64,000 nt of DNA from assembly GCA_951406725.2 (NCBI GenBank), contig OX597820.1:94054001-94118000 (forward strand), read 5' to 3'. Under the pieces are notes generated by a model that did not search any database, was not told the DNA's origin, and was given only the letters and a program-made list of their open reading frames with translations. Within the stretch, counting starts at the first letter, position 1. Every line of letters begins with the position of its first letter. The DNA comes from Octopus vulgaris. Its lineage: Eukaryota. The translations under genes and the position numbers were made by a program. Shown one piece after another: positions 40,035-54,725 of the stretch.

Positions 40035-40830
40035 ATCCTTTCTACTCTAGGCACGGGGCCTGAAATTTAAGTGGGTGGCGAGCAACAAGTCGATTTTATC
40101 GATCTCACTGTAATTATTTTATCAACTCCGAAAAGATGGATGCAAAGTCAATCTCGGCGGAACTCAGAACATAAAGACAGACGAAATGCTGCTAATAAAA
40201 ATCTCAGGCCTTGTGCCTATATTATTTAGAGGAGAGTCTAGTCGATTATACTGACCTCAATGCGCAACTGGTATTCATTTTATGTACCCCGAAACGATGT
40301 GAAGCAAAGTCGACCTCGGCGGCATTTGAACTCTGAACGTAAAGCCGGAATAAATAAATAAATAACGAAGACACGATCATCCCATGAAAAGATGTGTCCT
40401 TTTGAAAAACTTTCAGCTATAATGGTTTAAAACTCCGACTTAAAACTTGGAACATTCATTTTTATATATCAAGATATGATTGTTAAGAGGGTAGAGAGCA
40501 GTGCAATGGCAGAATCGTTAGAGAGATGACAAAAATAAATCTGTATTTCTTCGTTCTTTGCATTCAATCTCGTCAACTTTGCCTTTCATCCTTCTGAGAT
40601 CGATAAAATAAAATTATCAGCTAAGTATTGAGATCGATCTAATTCCCTGTTCCCCTCGAGTCAAATTTTTGAACTTGAGCATATGATAGTAATTACTTTT
40701 AAGTCGGCAGAGCACGGTACACACTTAGAATCGTTAGGGTATCAGAAAAAAGCTACTTGCAGTATTTGTTCTGGCTTTTTACGGTCTGAGTTCAAACCAT
40801 GCCGAAATCAATTTCACCTTTCATTCTTCT
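40035..40830. mobile_element. Cluster of four degenerate SINE-A copies, two on each strand
   Basis: Minus copies at 40035-40200 and 40205-40350. Plus copies at ~40500-40680 and ~40700-40830. Confidence 0.7.
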
Positions 40831-42079
40831 TTCGTGAATAATATAAAGTAGTAACGACGTACTATCTTTTCTTTTCCACGAGAATGAATCCTTTACATTG
40901 TTTTCCTTACTAAAACGATTAATAATGTTTAGTTGATTTCATCAATTATTTCACAACGTTTGTATTGTGTTGCGCCAATGTGAGAAATAACCATTATTAC
41001 TATATCGCGAGTATTCTATATCATCATCATCGACGTTACAAAAAGCTAACGAAAGGGTCGCTACGTAGTATGCTTGAGCTACAATGAATATCAGCCGAAT
41101 CTCCCCCAAATCGCATTACACCCTACCATCTTAAAAGGAAGGCACCCTGAATAACGTAGTTCTACATCTACACATCCTGCAAAATAAAGGGCATGGCTAT
41201 GATATATATGTTAATCTAAAGCAATTTATGTTTGTCTATGAATTTCATTGGCTTTTATTAAACAACCAATACAGGCAGGGAGGGAGCTGTACTGGTAGTT
41301 TAATTCCAGGTAAGCTCTGATAAAGCAGATCTTTGATCAGTCTGAGTTAAACAGAAGCTAAACAAAAAATATTCATCTTTATTTATGACAGATACGTGAT
41401 CTCGAAGATTGGTCTTTGCAATGGTTTGCGTGACTACCAATCTTGATAGTATTGTTCTTCATAATATATCCATGGTTACAATTCCAGGCCATGGCGAGGT
41501 TAAAAGTAAATTAAATTTCCATTTCATTTATGAATTTCCATCTCACTTATGGCGGAACATGAATAATAAATTGAAAGCGAGGAACTCGAAAGTCTCAGTC
41601 CATCGTGAAATATATAATGAAATGAGTTAAGAACCAAGATATAGTTTTAATTGAAATACGTAAAACCGACGACAATCAGATCCCGATTAAGCAAATTCGA
41701 AACTAAGAACAAATACTGAATGCAAAACACGTATGACAGTAAATGTTTCTATTTTCATGTAACAATTCTTGCGTTGATCTTTCGTTCTACTGGCTCAGCA
41801 ACCAGATAAATAGAACACGAGACAGCCCATCATATTACCTGACCAATAACACAACAGAGCAATGAGAATTATTATTGGAACCGAGAAAACGTTAAAGTAG
41901 GCTGGCAATTCACTATTTAGATCAGGCATGGGCTACCTTTTTCGGAAACCGGGTTTCATGAGACATGACTCATTATCAGGTGGGCTGCGCTACTTAAAAA
42001 ATTAAAAGTGACGAGTTGCGCACTGTCAACCTCGCTCTCTTGTTTGTGAGCATTGTTTTTCCAGGAGCAAAATCAGGCT

Positions 42080-42380
42080 AAGACAACTGAGGATGGAGAC
42101 AGATGCAATAATGCAGTGGATGACCAAGATGTCTTGTTGTCTGCACTTCACAATGCGTTGCTAATCCACTTTAGCCTCAGTTGAACCACGGTTTCCCTCG
42201 CTAAGTCCACCGGATCCAGTCTTCACATGCGTAGGTAGGGAAGACCCAATAAGCTAATTAACCCAGACTTAGGTCCCTGACAGGTGTTACTACTACTCTG
42301 GATTAGAGGCTAATAGTGGCTAAGAGGTGGTTCCACACTCCTCAAAATGTTGGAACTCCCGAACGAGGACACCACCACTG
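42080..42380 (-). mobile_element. RTE-clade LINE 5'UTR remnant
   Basis: Minus strand gcatgtgaagactggatccggtggact...gcaacgcattgtgaagtgc...gacatcttggtcatccactgca resembles RTE/BovB-type 5'UTRs as I recall them. Confidence 0.5.
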
Positions 42381-42907
42381 GATAAAGCTCAAAGTTATAT
42401 CCAGGACTGGTTTGGTTCACCTCGACATATATATGCAAAACAGGCAGAATAAACTCGACCAAAACATTTTTCAATAAAGGTGTGAAAGGTCTGCTCGATC
42501 GAGATTCACTTAAGACTTACACAACGCCACCAACATCAACAACCCAACCACACAGTGAGTGTCATACTTGCTTGCCAACATGCAAATAACCACGAGAAGT
42601 ACGAAAGATCTGTAACAAAGGCTACAAAATGAGGCAACTGCTAAACCTAAGGAAAAAGACTATGAATTTTTTAAAAATCTTGTTTACAATTATATTGACA
42701 TTGTAGTGCTGTTCCTTGCTAACTTTCTCTAATTCTTTTCCTTTTTCTTTTCGCTATCTTTCAACTTCAATATGATTGTTAAATCTCTTGAGTCATCGCT
42801 TAAACAAGACATGGTATATAATTAAAAGTAAAAGGCAAGGAACATTTCAGCTTGTACTGCAACATCCATTCACCTCCGACTTTCAAAAAAGGAGACGGAC
42901 CATCAAA

Positions 42908-42963
<56 letters not shown>

Positions 42964-43082
42964 CATAATGTGTGTATGTGTATACAAGCATATATAAATA
43001 TATATGCATATGTACAATATATTTATACACATACATACATACATACATATATGTGCATTCATATGCATGTGTAGGCATAAAA

Positions 43083-43131
<49 letters not shown>

Positions 43132-43519
43132 TACACACACCGCCGGTCGTATAGTCTTGCTGCAGCTCTGGAATTAATTACCACCAAGCTAAAACAGTAA
43201 CGAACCACGTGTAATCAGCACCATGACGTAACAACGCGGCCTACATTATATAAAATATAACATGCTCTTCTTTTTTAGGAGATGGCGGTAGTTGCACTGT
43301 CTGTTTTCTCATATACTTCTGACACCAACTGGGATCTCAGTTTCTGTATGTACATACCTATTTCTGTGGTGTGTGTATTCTTCAGTTTATCTGTATAGGC
43401 GCACACATATATGTGCGTATGGGTGTATGCGTTTGTACATATGAACATGCTCATACACCACTCCGCATACACACATACGCATACAGGAATACACACTGTG
43501 TATTGAGAGGGGGCAATAT

Positions 43520-43610
43520 AATATGTATGTATGTATGTATATCTATACACATACAATATATAACCGTATACATAAATGTATATATATATATATATATATA
43601 ATATATATAC

Positions 43611-43681
<71 letters not shown>

Positions 43682-44233
43682 TATATATATACACATACAT
43701 ATACACATATATATATACATATATATATATACACACATATATACACACACATATACACATATATATACACACATACATATATATACACACATACATATAC
43801 TCATACATATACACATTTATATATACATATATATACACACACACATATATATATATATATACATATATACACATATATAAATATATATACATACATGTAT
43901 ATACTCACATATATATATACACATATATATACATATATATACTCACATATATATATACACATATATATACATACATATATATACTCACATATATATATAT
44001 ACACATATATATACATACATACACACATATATACATATATACACAAATATATATACATACGTATATATATACATATATATATACACATATATATATACAC
44101 ACATATACATACATATGTATATATATATATGTATATATGTATGTTTATTTATACATATATGTACGTGTATGTATGTGTATAATTATATATATATACACGC
44201 ACACACACACACATCACACATATTTATATGTAT

Positions 44234-44272
<39 letters not shown>
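43520..44272. repeat. Compound (TA)/(CA)/(TACA) microsatellite
   Basis: About 750 bp of near-pure alternating purine-pyrimidine sequence. Source of the 200-270 aa Y/I/T/H ORFs. Confidence 0.95.
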
Positions 44273-44275
<3 letters not shown>

Positions 44276-44801
44276 TTCACATTTACACAGGTTGGTGTGA
44301 GTGCGTACCAGTTGGTATGTCTGTATTTATGCATGTATGTATGTATGTATGTATGTATGTAACAGCATCTAGATGCACTCGCCTATGACGTATCTCTCCT
44401 CTATACAAACATCGCTGAACTCCCCGTATAAGCAACGCAACTCTCTTAAGACCCACTTAAAACCGACACAGAAACTTAATATCAACGTCAAGGCTTGACG
44501 TTGGCGGCAGCAGCTACAGTGATGGCGGGCGTCGGCTCAAATAGTAGAAAGTACAATATATATATATTGTAATATATATATATATATTACAGTATCTACT
44601 TTTGTGGCACTCGATACCGATTTCTAAATGTGCTAGAATTAACTTCGCTTTTGAAATAAATAAAATTGGAAATAAATGTGATATTAAATAAAAAAATGAA
44701 AATAAAAACTCAAAGAAAATGATCTCCTTATGTACTTGGGATTCTTGATTGTGTCTCTCTCTACATATGAGAGATATTTGTTTCGTGCGTGTATACGTAC
44801 G

Positions 44802-44835
<34 letters not shown>

Positions 44836-44838
<3 letters not shown>

Positions 44839-45036
44839 GGTCCCGGGTTGATTCGGGGTTAACCACAGTAAGTAAGGTACTCAATACATAGCAGAGTAAA
44901 ATTAATTTATTATATAGAAGGAGCTTCTACAGGACTAGTACTGTTTCATTCAAGAGAAATCTTCAGGAAGCGCTTCCTGAAGATTTCTCTTGAATGAAAC
45001 AGTACTAGTCCTGTAGAAGCTCCTTCTATATAATAA

Positions 45037-45038
<2 letters not shown>
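44836..45038. mobile_element. PLE-like terminus with perfect 134-bp palindrome
   Basis: 44905-44971 is the exact reverse complement of 44972-45038. Each strand carries CTGAAGA..GAAAC..GTC. Embedded in (TA)n. Confidence 0.7.
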
Positions 45039-45067
<29 letters not shown>

Positions 45068-45147
45068 TATATACATACATACATATATATATACATACAT
45101 ACATATATATATACATACATACATATATATATACATACATATATATA

Positions 45148-45181
<34 letters not shown>

Positions 45182-45269
45182 CATACATACATATATATAC
45201 ATACATACATACATATATACATACATACATACATACATACATACATACATACATACATACATACATACA

Positions 45270-45303
<34 letters not shown>

Positions 45304-45395
45304 CATACATACATACATATATACATACATACATACATATATATATACATACATACATACATATATATATACTTACATACATACATATATATATA

Positions 45396-45447
<52 letters not shown>

Positions 45448-45660
45448 AACACACATACATATATAGAGAGAGAATACACATAAATACATATATATACAGA
45501 TATTTACACGCACACATATATACACACATATATGAATGTATATATACACATATATAAATATGTGTATATACACATAAATATATATATATGTATACATACA
45601 TATATTTTATGTGCATATATATATAAATGTATATCTATACATACATAAATATATCCGTGT
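45039..45660. repeat. (TACA)n/(TA)n microsatellite
   Basis: Direct observation. Confidence 0.95.
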
Positions 45661-46284
45661 GTGTGTGTTGTATGTATGTATAAACGAGTGTATATGTGTG
45701 TGATATTGTGTGTATTAGGCCAGTCGACGGATGTGGTGTACCATTGTTTCCGTCAGCCTGGCTCTGGGACTGATTTGTATGTGACAGGCACTTTGAAGTT
45801 TGAAACTTGTTGGGACATTAAAATGCGCACCTTTTATGTCCTGCCAGAATTTTTTCCCATTTTTTATTTCTATTTATTTATTTATTTATTTATATTCATT
45901 TATTGTAATTTTGCTCTTGGGGTGAATTGGTCACTTCCTATCTTTTCAGAAATATGCACGAAATAAAAGCAATTGGCCAGAATCCTATCCAAAACAGGGG
46001 TCAAATTAGAGGTGACATCGTAACATTGTATTTGTCCCACCACCACCGCTTGACAACCGGCAAAAGAGTCAGATAGAATAAGTACTAGGCTCAAAAAGTA
46101 AGTCCTAAGGTCGACTTTTTCAACCTAAACCCTTCAAGGTGGTGCTCCAGCATGGCCGCAGTCAATCAAGTGACTAAAACCAGTAAAGGAATAAAACAAA
46201 TGAATGAACTGGTTACACTTATACAATGCAAAATGTGTTACCAATTTTTTTTTTATAGAATTCCTATTGATACTTAATTATAAA

Positions 46285-46499
46285 GAGGGCGACGAACTAG
46301 CAGAATCGTTGGCGTGCCGGACAAAATGCTTAGCGGCATTTCATCCGCTTTATGTTCTGATGTTCAAATTCCGCCGGGGTTGACTTTGTCGTTTATCCTT
46401 TCGGAGTGGATAAAATAAGTACCAGCTGAACACTGAGGTCGATTTAATCGACTTAGCCCCTCCCCAAAATTACTGGCCTTGTGCCAGAATTTGAAACCA
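46285..46499 (+). mobile_element. SINE family A with 15-bp TSD
   Basis: TSD atacttaattataaa at 46270-46284 and 46500-46514. Confidence 0.9.
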
Positions 46500-47732
46500 A
46501 TACTTAATTATAAAAATATGCGACTTTTTTTTTAACAGCGAATGACTAAGGAGGTCCAGCCAAGTAAAATAGGAATCAAACGTTCCATAGGTAAAAGATG
46601 GTTGAAAGACATTAGTTTACAGTGAACGGGTTAAAAAACAACATTCACATGCAACCCCACTACTCTGTAAACTTGGTAAGAAAGTATGAAGAGGAATTCG
46701 GTCTGCAGCAAGAATTTGGATCACACGCCAGTATCGTACTTTCCACCATGTTTTTCCCTGCAGGTGATATGGCAAGGCACCAACCAGATCAATTATACTA
46801 ATCTTGGAGGGCTGTAAATACCATGGGTACTGCCCTGACTAACTTACATAAAGGAATATATATGCTCTTTCAATCCTTCATTATGATTGTGTACCAAATT
46901 ATGAAGTCAAACGCTTACCCGTTCCAGACACGTGTCCAACGTGCGTACGTGTATGTGCGAGTGTGTGTACGTGTATGTGCGAGCGCATGTGTGTCTGTAA
47001 TTAAATTCCGGAGAAGTAAACAGCTAAGATAATTGGTCGACTAATAAGAAATCCTTCAAATTGCGATTATGACATACCATATCTCAGCATTAACAGGGCC
47101 AAATGAGAATGTAATCATGCAGCATGCTAGATATAATAGCCACATTTCCCATTCCACTTGAAGGAAAACTTGAATTGCATGCCTAATTTCGCGAGGATAA
47201 CAGCATGCATAATTTGTTGTTCTTTTTAGTAGTACTGCCCGTCATGATGAGCAATGTCTCATGCGATCTGCTCCTCGATAAAGATTGCCCGCACTTGCTC
47301 GAGACGGTTGTTTTACTTTCAAGAAATAACACCCCAAATAAAGAAGACACTAGACGATGTTTTTCCAAAAACACTGTGTTAAAAAAAAATAACACAAATG
47401 GTAACATTTAGAATACCGTTCTGCATAGGTGACCTCAAACAGGGCTGACTTGCGACTAAACCGCAACAGCAATTTCTAAAACCGCTATAGTATAATAGAC
47501 GTCAACAATGAGTGCGGAGGTGGACGGACAACAGCAGCAGTGGCAGCAACAACAACATTGCAATTAATTTACATTTATGCTAATTATAGAATAATTAGGT
47601 AAGTCTGGCATTTTGAAATTGCATTAGAGTATATTTACTGCTAAGTAACCCAGATAGTTAACTTATTGAAGTATAGACAATTTTAACCTATTGTCTGCAA
47701 CATATCGAAGTTCTTCTATTGTGTGTATGCGT

Positions 47733-47801
<69 letters not shown>

Positions 47802-48449
47802 CATAGATACATAGAAGGGGGAGAGAATGTATGGTTGAGAAACTAAGAAGTTCCTTTCTTAACTATGAAGCCTTGGAAACGATTTGGGTTCGATTCTACA
47901 ACGTGGCATTTTTACAAGTGTCTTTTATCATAGCCTCGAGGCATCTCAACATTTCTGACACTAAATTAATAGATACGGTTTGGCAGCCCGTAGGTGTATT
48001 TCACACACACACACACACACGCGCGCGCCAATAATTAGAGATAATTCTTTTTCAGGAGAGAAAATGGTTCTAGATGACAGTGAATGGGAGAAGGAAAAGT
48101 TTACTCATGAAACCCGGCCAACGACCGATTTAGCACATATGCAAAAGTAGGTGTGTGCATGTGAGCGTCGAGCGTGTGTGTATGTTTATCTTTTGATATG
48201 TTCCTTTGTGTGTTTGGTTCTTTGAAAGTAATTAACTGTACGTCTGGCATTTTATGGAAATTGTAAATATGCCAGGTGGAGAATATTTGTGCTGTTGTTG
48301 TTGCTTAATCAAAGTGAGACAAGTTTCAGTAGCCCTAGGATCAGCGACTTTCCAACCGACACCATTCTGTATGATCCTTAGATAATATTATTTAAAACCA
48401 CATTGTTCCATGCGTCCTTCCTTTATTGATAAAGTAAAAATTAAAGACC

Positions 48450-48782
48450 TCTGTTCGGCCACGATTGACCATGTGACTGCACCTAGAAAGTTCCTCTCCG
48501 AAGTACAAGTCTGGGAAAGATTGTTTGTGGAAGACCAGAAGTCGCCCATGCATACCAGCCTCCTCTCTCCACACCACCAATGTTATCCAAGAGAAAGGCA
48601 AAGGCCGATACAGCTTGGCACCAGTGATGTTGCAACTCGTTTCTATAGCTGAGTGAACTGGAGCAACGTAAAATAAAGTGTTTTGCTCAAGAACACAAGA
48701 CACAACCCTGTCTGGGAATCAAACTCACAACCTCATGATTGTAAACCTGATGCTCTAACCACTGAGCCATGCGCCTTCACAT
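48450..48782 (-). mobile_element. SINE family C head with a third tail type
   Basis: Head gtgaaggcgcatggctcagtgg...ttattttacgttgctccagttcactcag. The 3' part differs from the other C copies. Confidence 0.75.
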
Positions 48783-49531
48783 GATATAGCATGCATATAC
48801 TCGAAGATGTTCCGGCCGTTATTCTCCAAGTGTTTTTTTTTTAAATATCATAATCCAATGTATGTTTCCATCAAACTGTAACGTGTGATTTGGGGGAGAT
48901 CTGACTTCTATTAGCTTATGACGGACACGTTGAGTGCTCTACGGTAGTTCATTTAATATTTATTTGACAAATAAGCAAGGTCAGATTTGATTACTGACAT
49001 CATCCATGTTATAACCTTAGTTGGATTTGATCCCAGGGTACAGAGAATCAGAAGGAAGATTGGCAAAGGATTTTATCCGACGCTCTAAAGACGCGACCAG
49101 TTTACCGTCTCAGCCGTCAATGAAAAGGCCGAGGGGTCACCAACATTATTCTTCGACTACGATCAAGACATAAATTCGTCTTAATCATGCATCATTAAAA
49201 TGATGTAATAGCGGTGGAAGAGATGGTGGTCTTAGAAGAACAAGTATAATGCAGCCAGAGATGGGAGTCATGACAATTATATCCAAGGAGAGAGAGAGAG
49301 AAAGAGAGAGAAAATGTTTTTAAATGAAGTATTTTGAGAATGTCGAAACAAACTTGTTATTTCTAAAAATATTCAGCAACAAAAAGCTTATATTTACACA
49401 AACAAAATACAAATGTATATGTGTGTACGTAACATGTATATAAACATATGTGTGTGTCTGTGTGTATATGTGTCAGTATATGTGAGTGCATATGTAACTA
49501 TGCGTATATGTGTGTGTGTGTATGTTGTATA

Positions 49532-49778
49532 AAAAAAATAAATGCGCCCTTTTAAAGCCTAGCCAGGCTTATGGGCCCGGTTTCCTGGTTTCTATGGCGT
49601 ATGTATTCCCCAGCTGGACGGGACGCCAGTCCATCGCAGCGTTACTCATTTTTGCCAGCTGAGTGGACTGGAGCAACGTGAAATGAAGCGTTTTGCCCAA
49701 GAACACAACGCGTCGCCCGGTCCAGGAATCTTACGATCATGATGCTGACACCCTAACCACTAAGCCACGCGCCTCCAC
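49532..49778 (-). mobile_element. SINE family C with 12-bp TSD
   Basis: Highly similar to 24734-24992. TSD gtatgttgtata at 49520-49531 and 49779-49790. Confidence 0.95.
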
Positions 49779-50330
49779 GTATGTTGTATAGTTATATGTA
49801 TATTCTTTTCTACTCTGGGCGCAAGGCTCGAAATTTTGCAGGAGGGGGCCAGTCAATTAGCTCGACCGCAATGCGTAACTCGTACTTAATTTATCGACCC
49901 CGAGAGGATGAACGGCAAAGTCGACCTCAGCGGAATAGTTATGTGCATATTGTAGATGTATGTGACTATGCATATGCTTGTATATGCATATATTATGCGC
50001 AAACATGCATCTGCATGTATGTGCTCATGCAAAGACAAGCAAACTCTGTGGTAGGAGGAAACTACAACGTGGTCGTCGTCTGAGCTGCTAGACATAGTAA
50101 GCCAAATCTACTTCAAATTAAAAGTTCAAATTTCGAAAACTAAATAAATAAAAAGCCGAATACCCTGGGTAATGAAGGAGTAGTTGTTCTTAAAAATACA
50201 CGATGGTCATGGGTGGAACACCTTTGATCATAGGTTCAATCAATGAAGATTTACTTGGACTAAACAATAACAACACACACACGTCCACGTTCGCAGTAGT
50301 GGGTGGGGTGCATGTATGAATGTGTGTATG

Positions 50331-50642
50331 TGTGAAGGCGCGTGGCTTGGTGGTTATGGTATTTGGCTCACGTTTGTAAGGTTGTGAGTTCGATTCCCGG
50401 CGGCGCGTTGTGTCCTTCAGCAAGGCACTTTATTTCACGTTGATCCAGTTCCCTCAGCTAGATAAAATGAGTAGTACTTTTACTTCATAGGGCCAGCCTT
50501 AACACATTCTGTTTCACGCTGAATCTCCTTAAGAACTCTGTTAAAGCTACGCATTTCTGTAGAGTACTCAACTGCTTACACGTTAATTTCATGAGCAGAT
50601 TGTTCCCTTAATCGAATTAACTTGTAACCGATGGAATGCCAG
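50331..50642 (+). mobile_element. SINE family C (alternative tail)
   Basis: gaaggcgcgtggcttggtgg...gagttcgattccc...cgttaatttcatgagcag. Confidence 0.85.
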
Positions 50643-51414
50643 ATTTTGAGTTTGGTGTATGTATTTATGTATTCCTATATATTTACATATTAGTGTGTTT
50701 GTAATATACTATATACAGACATTACATCTACAATGGATTGTCAGCGGTTTTCGACGACGATCACCCCACATTTTCAGATTAATTGAACTGCCAACCCCAT
50801 CGTATTTTGGTGTAAGTGGCCGAGTGTTTCGCAGACACATGTACTCTTAACGTACTTCTCAAATAAAACCCCACGTGACACAGTGGGAGAAGCCAGGATC
50901 TTTGAACTACAAGTACAAACTATGCATAAGGCTTCCACGCAGTTTTTATCTAGCCTAATTCCGAAACTATGACAAAAAAAAAAACGCTTGTCCAAGATAG
51001 CACACAATAGGATCGAACATATGACTTCCTAATTGCGAAGTGAGTTTCTTAACCACTCAGCCATATCAGCGTCTACGTCCTACATACATACTGTATATAT
51101 ATACCCACACAGCAAACGCACTCTTTTCTAAGCATATATGCACACGCAAACACACACGCAAACACATACACACAAACAGAAAGTTCTCTATATACATAAC
51201 CATTCAATCACCTATTCACACACACACACACACCACACCACACACCACACACTCATCTACCAACAAATCTTCCTCTCCACTTGTCTCTCTCCCACCCGTC
51301 TCTCTCTCCCACCCTTCCTCTCTTTCCCTCTCTTCCTTCCTTTCTCTGTTTCTGCTACAATTGTTAATGGTGCAAGCCTGTTAAGAAAAAGATAGCTAGT
51401 TCAAGGACATATTT

Positions 51415-51456
<42 letters not shown>

Positions 51457-52193
51457 ACACACAAACACACACGACACGACACGACTCAAAATTCAAACAA
51501 ATACACGACAAAGCCAGGATATTTTGGTGTATGTACTTGCAAGTGCACACTGCAATTGCACACAGTTGCAACAAGTAATAATTATAGGACGGGATGATGA
51601 TATTGTGCCAAAATAAACTGTCACACAGCTACTTAACATTAAGTACCCGTCTACCCCGTTTCACTCTGTATAACGTATAAATATTCACCCCTAAATTAAC
51701 TTGTGGTCTTCTCCTTCAGTAGTAAAACCTCCTTCCATGTAGTCCAAGTGCTCCATGCATAAACTTGTTACTTTGACCCAACATGTTCAACCTGAACGAG
51801 TCAAAATCTTAAGAAGTCTACGCATACATTTGATGAGCTAGAAATAGCAAACAAATCTTCCTCAAATTACATAATAACGTTTTTAAAAGGAGAACGGCAC
51901 ACAGCGTTGAGGTAATCCTTACATCCTTGTATTTGTTACAATCAGTGCACTGCAGTCCTGCTAGGACACCGCATTGAATGGTTTGATCAAATAAATTAAC
52001 CTTGGGACTTTTACATTGTTCTATCGTACTCTTTTCGCTAGATTAATAAGGTGGGCGTAAACCAACTAACACCAGTTGTCAGTTGACGGGGCATAAGAAT
52101 ACGTACACGCATACACATCCCTCTCTCTCTCTCTCTTTCTTTCTCTCTCTCTCTTTCTTTCTCTCTCTCTCTTTCTTTCTCTCTCTCTCTTTC

Positions 52194-52227
<34 letters not shown>

Positions 52228-52228
<1 letters not shown>

Positions 52229-52393
52229 GCGTAGGAGTGGCTGTGTGGTAAGTAACTTGCTTACGAACTACATGGTTCCGGGTTCAGTGTCTTCTACTAT
52301 AGCCTCGGGCCGACCAAAGCCTTGTGAGTGGATTTGGTAGACGGAAACTGAAAGAAGCGCGTCGTATATATGTATACGTATATATATGTATAC

Positions 52394-52471
<78 letters not shown>

Positions 52472-52682
52472 TTGTGTGTCTGTGTTTGTCCCCACAACAT
52501 CGCTTGACAACCTATGCTGCTGTGTTTACGTCCCTGTAACTTAGCGGTTCGGCAAAACAGACCGATAGAATGAGTACTAGGCTAACAAAGAATAAGTCTT
52601 GGGGTCGATGTGCTCGACCAAAGGCGGTGCTCCAGCATGGTCACAGTCAAATGACTGAAACGAGTAAAAGAGTAAAAGAGAG
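52228..52682 (+). mobile_element. SINE family B
   Basis: Head, internal (TA)(TG) and (gtaaaaga)n tail. Small internal deletion. Confidence 0.9.
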
Positions 52683-52702
52683 TACATCTGCACACTTAGG
52701 AG

Positions 52703-53025
52703 TGAAGGCATGTGGCTTCGCGGTTAGGGTACTCGTCTCACTATCATGAGTACGATTCCCAGCAGCGCGTTGTGTCTTTCAACAAAACAATTTATTTCAC
52801 GTTGCTCCAGTCCACTCAGCTGGCAAAAATGAGTTGTACCTGTATTTCAAAAAAGGGCCTGCCTTATCACATTCTGCCTCCTGTGTCACACTGAGTCTCC
52901 CTGAGAACTACCTTGAAGGTAGGCGTGTCTGTGGAGTGCTCATCTACTTAGACGTTAATCTCACGAGCAGGATGTTCCGTTGATCAGATGAAATGGAACC
53001 CTCGAAACTGATTGGAGTGCCAGTT
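52703..53025 (+). mobile_element. SINE family C (alternative tail)
   Basis: ttatttcacgttgctccagtccactcagctggcaaaaatgagttgtacc... Confidence 0.85.
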
Positions 53026-53112
53026 TTATATGCACACGCACATATCTAATTTGGCATACGCGCGCGCGCATCTCCCCCCTTATAATTCTCACTATATACG
53101 TAGCCAGTCTTG

Positions 53113-53157
<45 letters not shown>

Positions 53158-53804
53158 GTGTGATATATATATATATATATATATATATAGTGTGTGTGGA
53201 GGGGGACAGGTTTCTGCAAATTTTCCTTTTATCAAAATCCACTGATATGAATTTTGGCACCAGGCCAACAATTTCGGGGAAGGAGTTAAGTCTATTACAG
53301 CGAGACCCTCAGTGCTCAACTTGTACTTATTCTATTGACCCCGAAAGAATGAAATGCAAAGGCGACCTCGGCGGAATTCTGCAAGCTCGTCGCCTTAAAT
53401 TTAATAAATATTAAATTACGTAAATAATTAAATGAAATGCAGGTAACTGTACAAATACCTGTACAAGTACCTGTACATTAGTATAAATGATACAGTACTA
53501 TGCAAGGTACTGTGAAACAGGGCCGCCAAGTAAATTAGTCCGACGGCTCCAAGAATTTCAAGTTTCCAGATCATCAGTGACCGCAAAGTCGGTGTTATAC
53601 TTGCATAATACCAAAATACACAATACATCGCATTCAGTGGATTTGAACGAACGACACACTTAACTCGTCTAGCCCAATATTTACTCAACTATTTCCCTCT
53701 TTTCTCCCCAATATTATGTATGTGTGAGCGCCTGCCTATATACTAATCTACTTCCTTAATCTATTCCCACTTCCCTCTCTTCCTGTGAGTGCTCGTGTGT
53801 GCGT

Positions 53805-53837
<33 letters not shown>

Positions 53838-54022
53838 TAACTTTCTGATCTTAATTGCATAACCTTCTCTTCCTTCCACTCTCTCAGCACATCATTTCCA
53901 CATCATCTTCTCCAGTACATAGTTTTGCGGTAACTGAACTAGCATAATACAAATACATGTAACCATTCCTGGTCGGTGTCTTAAGAATAACAACACATGC
54001 ATATCAGGTGGGAAGACGCGTT

Positions 54023-54059
<37 letters not shown>

Positions 54060-54279
54060 AAGAGAGAGAGAGATATCCTCATAGGCAGAAATCTATACGA
54101 GCGGAAAAAGAAAGTAGACCCAATGTTACCTGGATGCAGACTACATCTAACTTGCGGGCTTATTTATGTTTTGTTTATCTGTAGGCTTGTTTAATTTTGT
54201 TTATTTTGACACGTGTGCCATGATTCATGCTTATGCAATTTTGGACATTTTTTTTTTTTAAATATATTCAAACATCATT

Positions 54280-54725
54280 ATCATCACCATCGCCACAACC
54301 ACCTTCGTCTTATTACAACTGCCACTAGCTTAATATCTACCTTCACCATCATTACCACCATCCTCACCACCGTACTATCATCACTATCATCAACACTTCT
54401 TTCACCAGTACAATTGACTTCACCACCACCACCACCACCACCACCACTACCTCTACTACTACTAACATTAATACTTAATACCAATACCATTACTACCATT
54501 ATTAATACTACGCTACCACTCTACCACCACCACTACTGCTAACACTACTGCCACGTCCACCACCACTTCTACTACTACTCCTACCACCACCATCTTTTTT
54601 TACTAACACTTAATATCACCTCGACTACTTAAAGCACTAGCACCCACCACCACCACCATTAACACCTCTCCTGCTGCTGCCGCCACCACCACTGCAGTCA
54701 CTGTGTCTATTAAATCAACACCATA
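54280..54725. repeat. Degenerate (CAC/TAC)n tract
   Basis: Direct observation. Confidence 0.85.

Noticed and set aside
43275-45616. Longest ORFs (200-270 aa, Y/I/T/H/M/V/C-rich)
   Set aside because: Translations of (TA)/(CA)/(TACA) microsatellites that lack stop codons by composition.
46750-46830. Strong plus-strand acceptor tttttccctgcAG
   Set aside because: All frames stop quickly and no strong donor follows.
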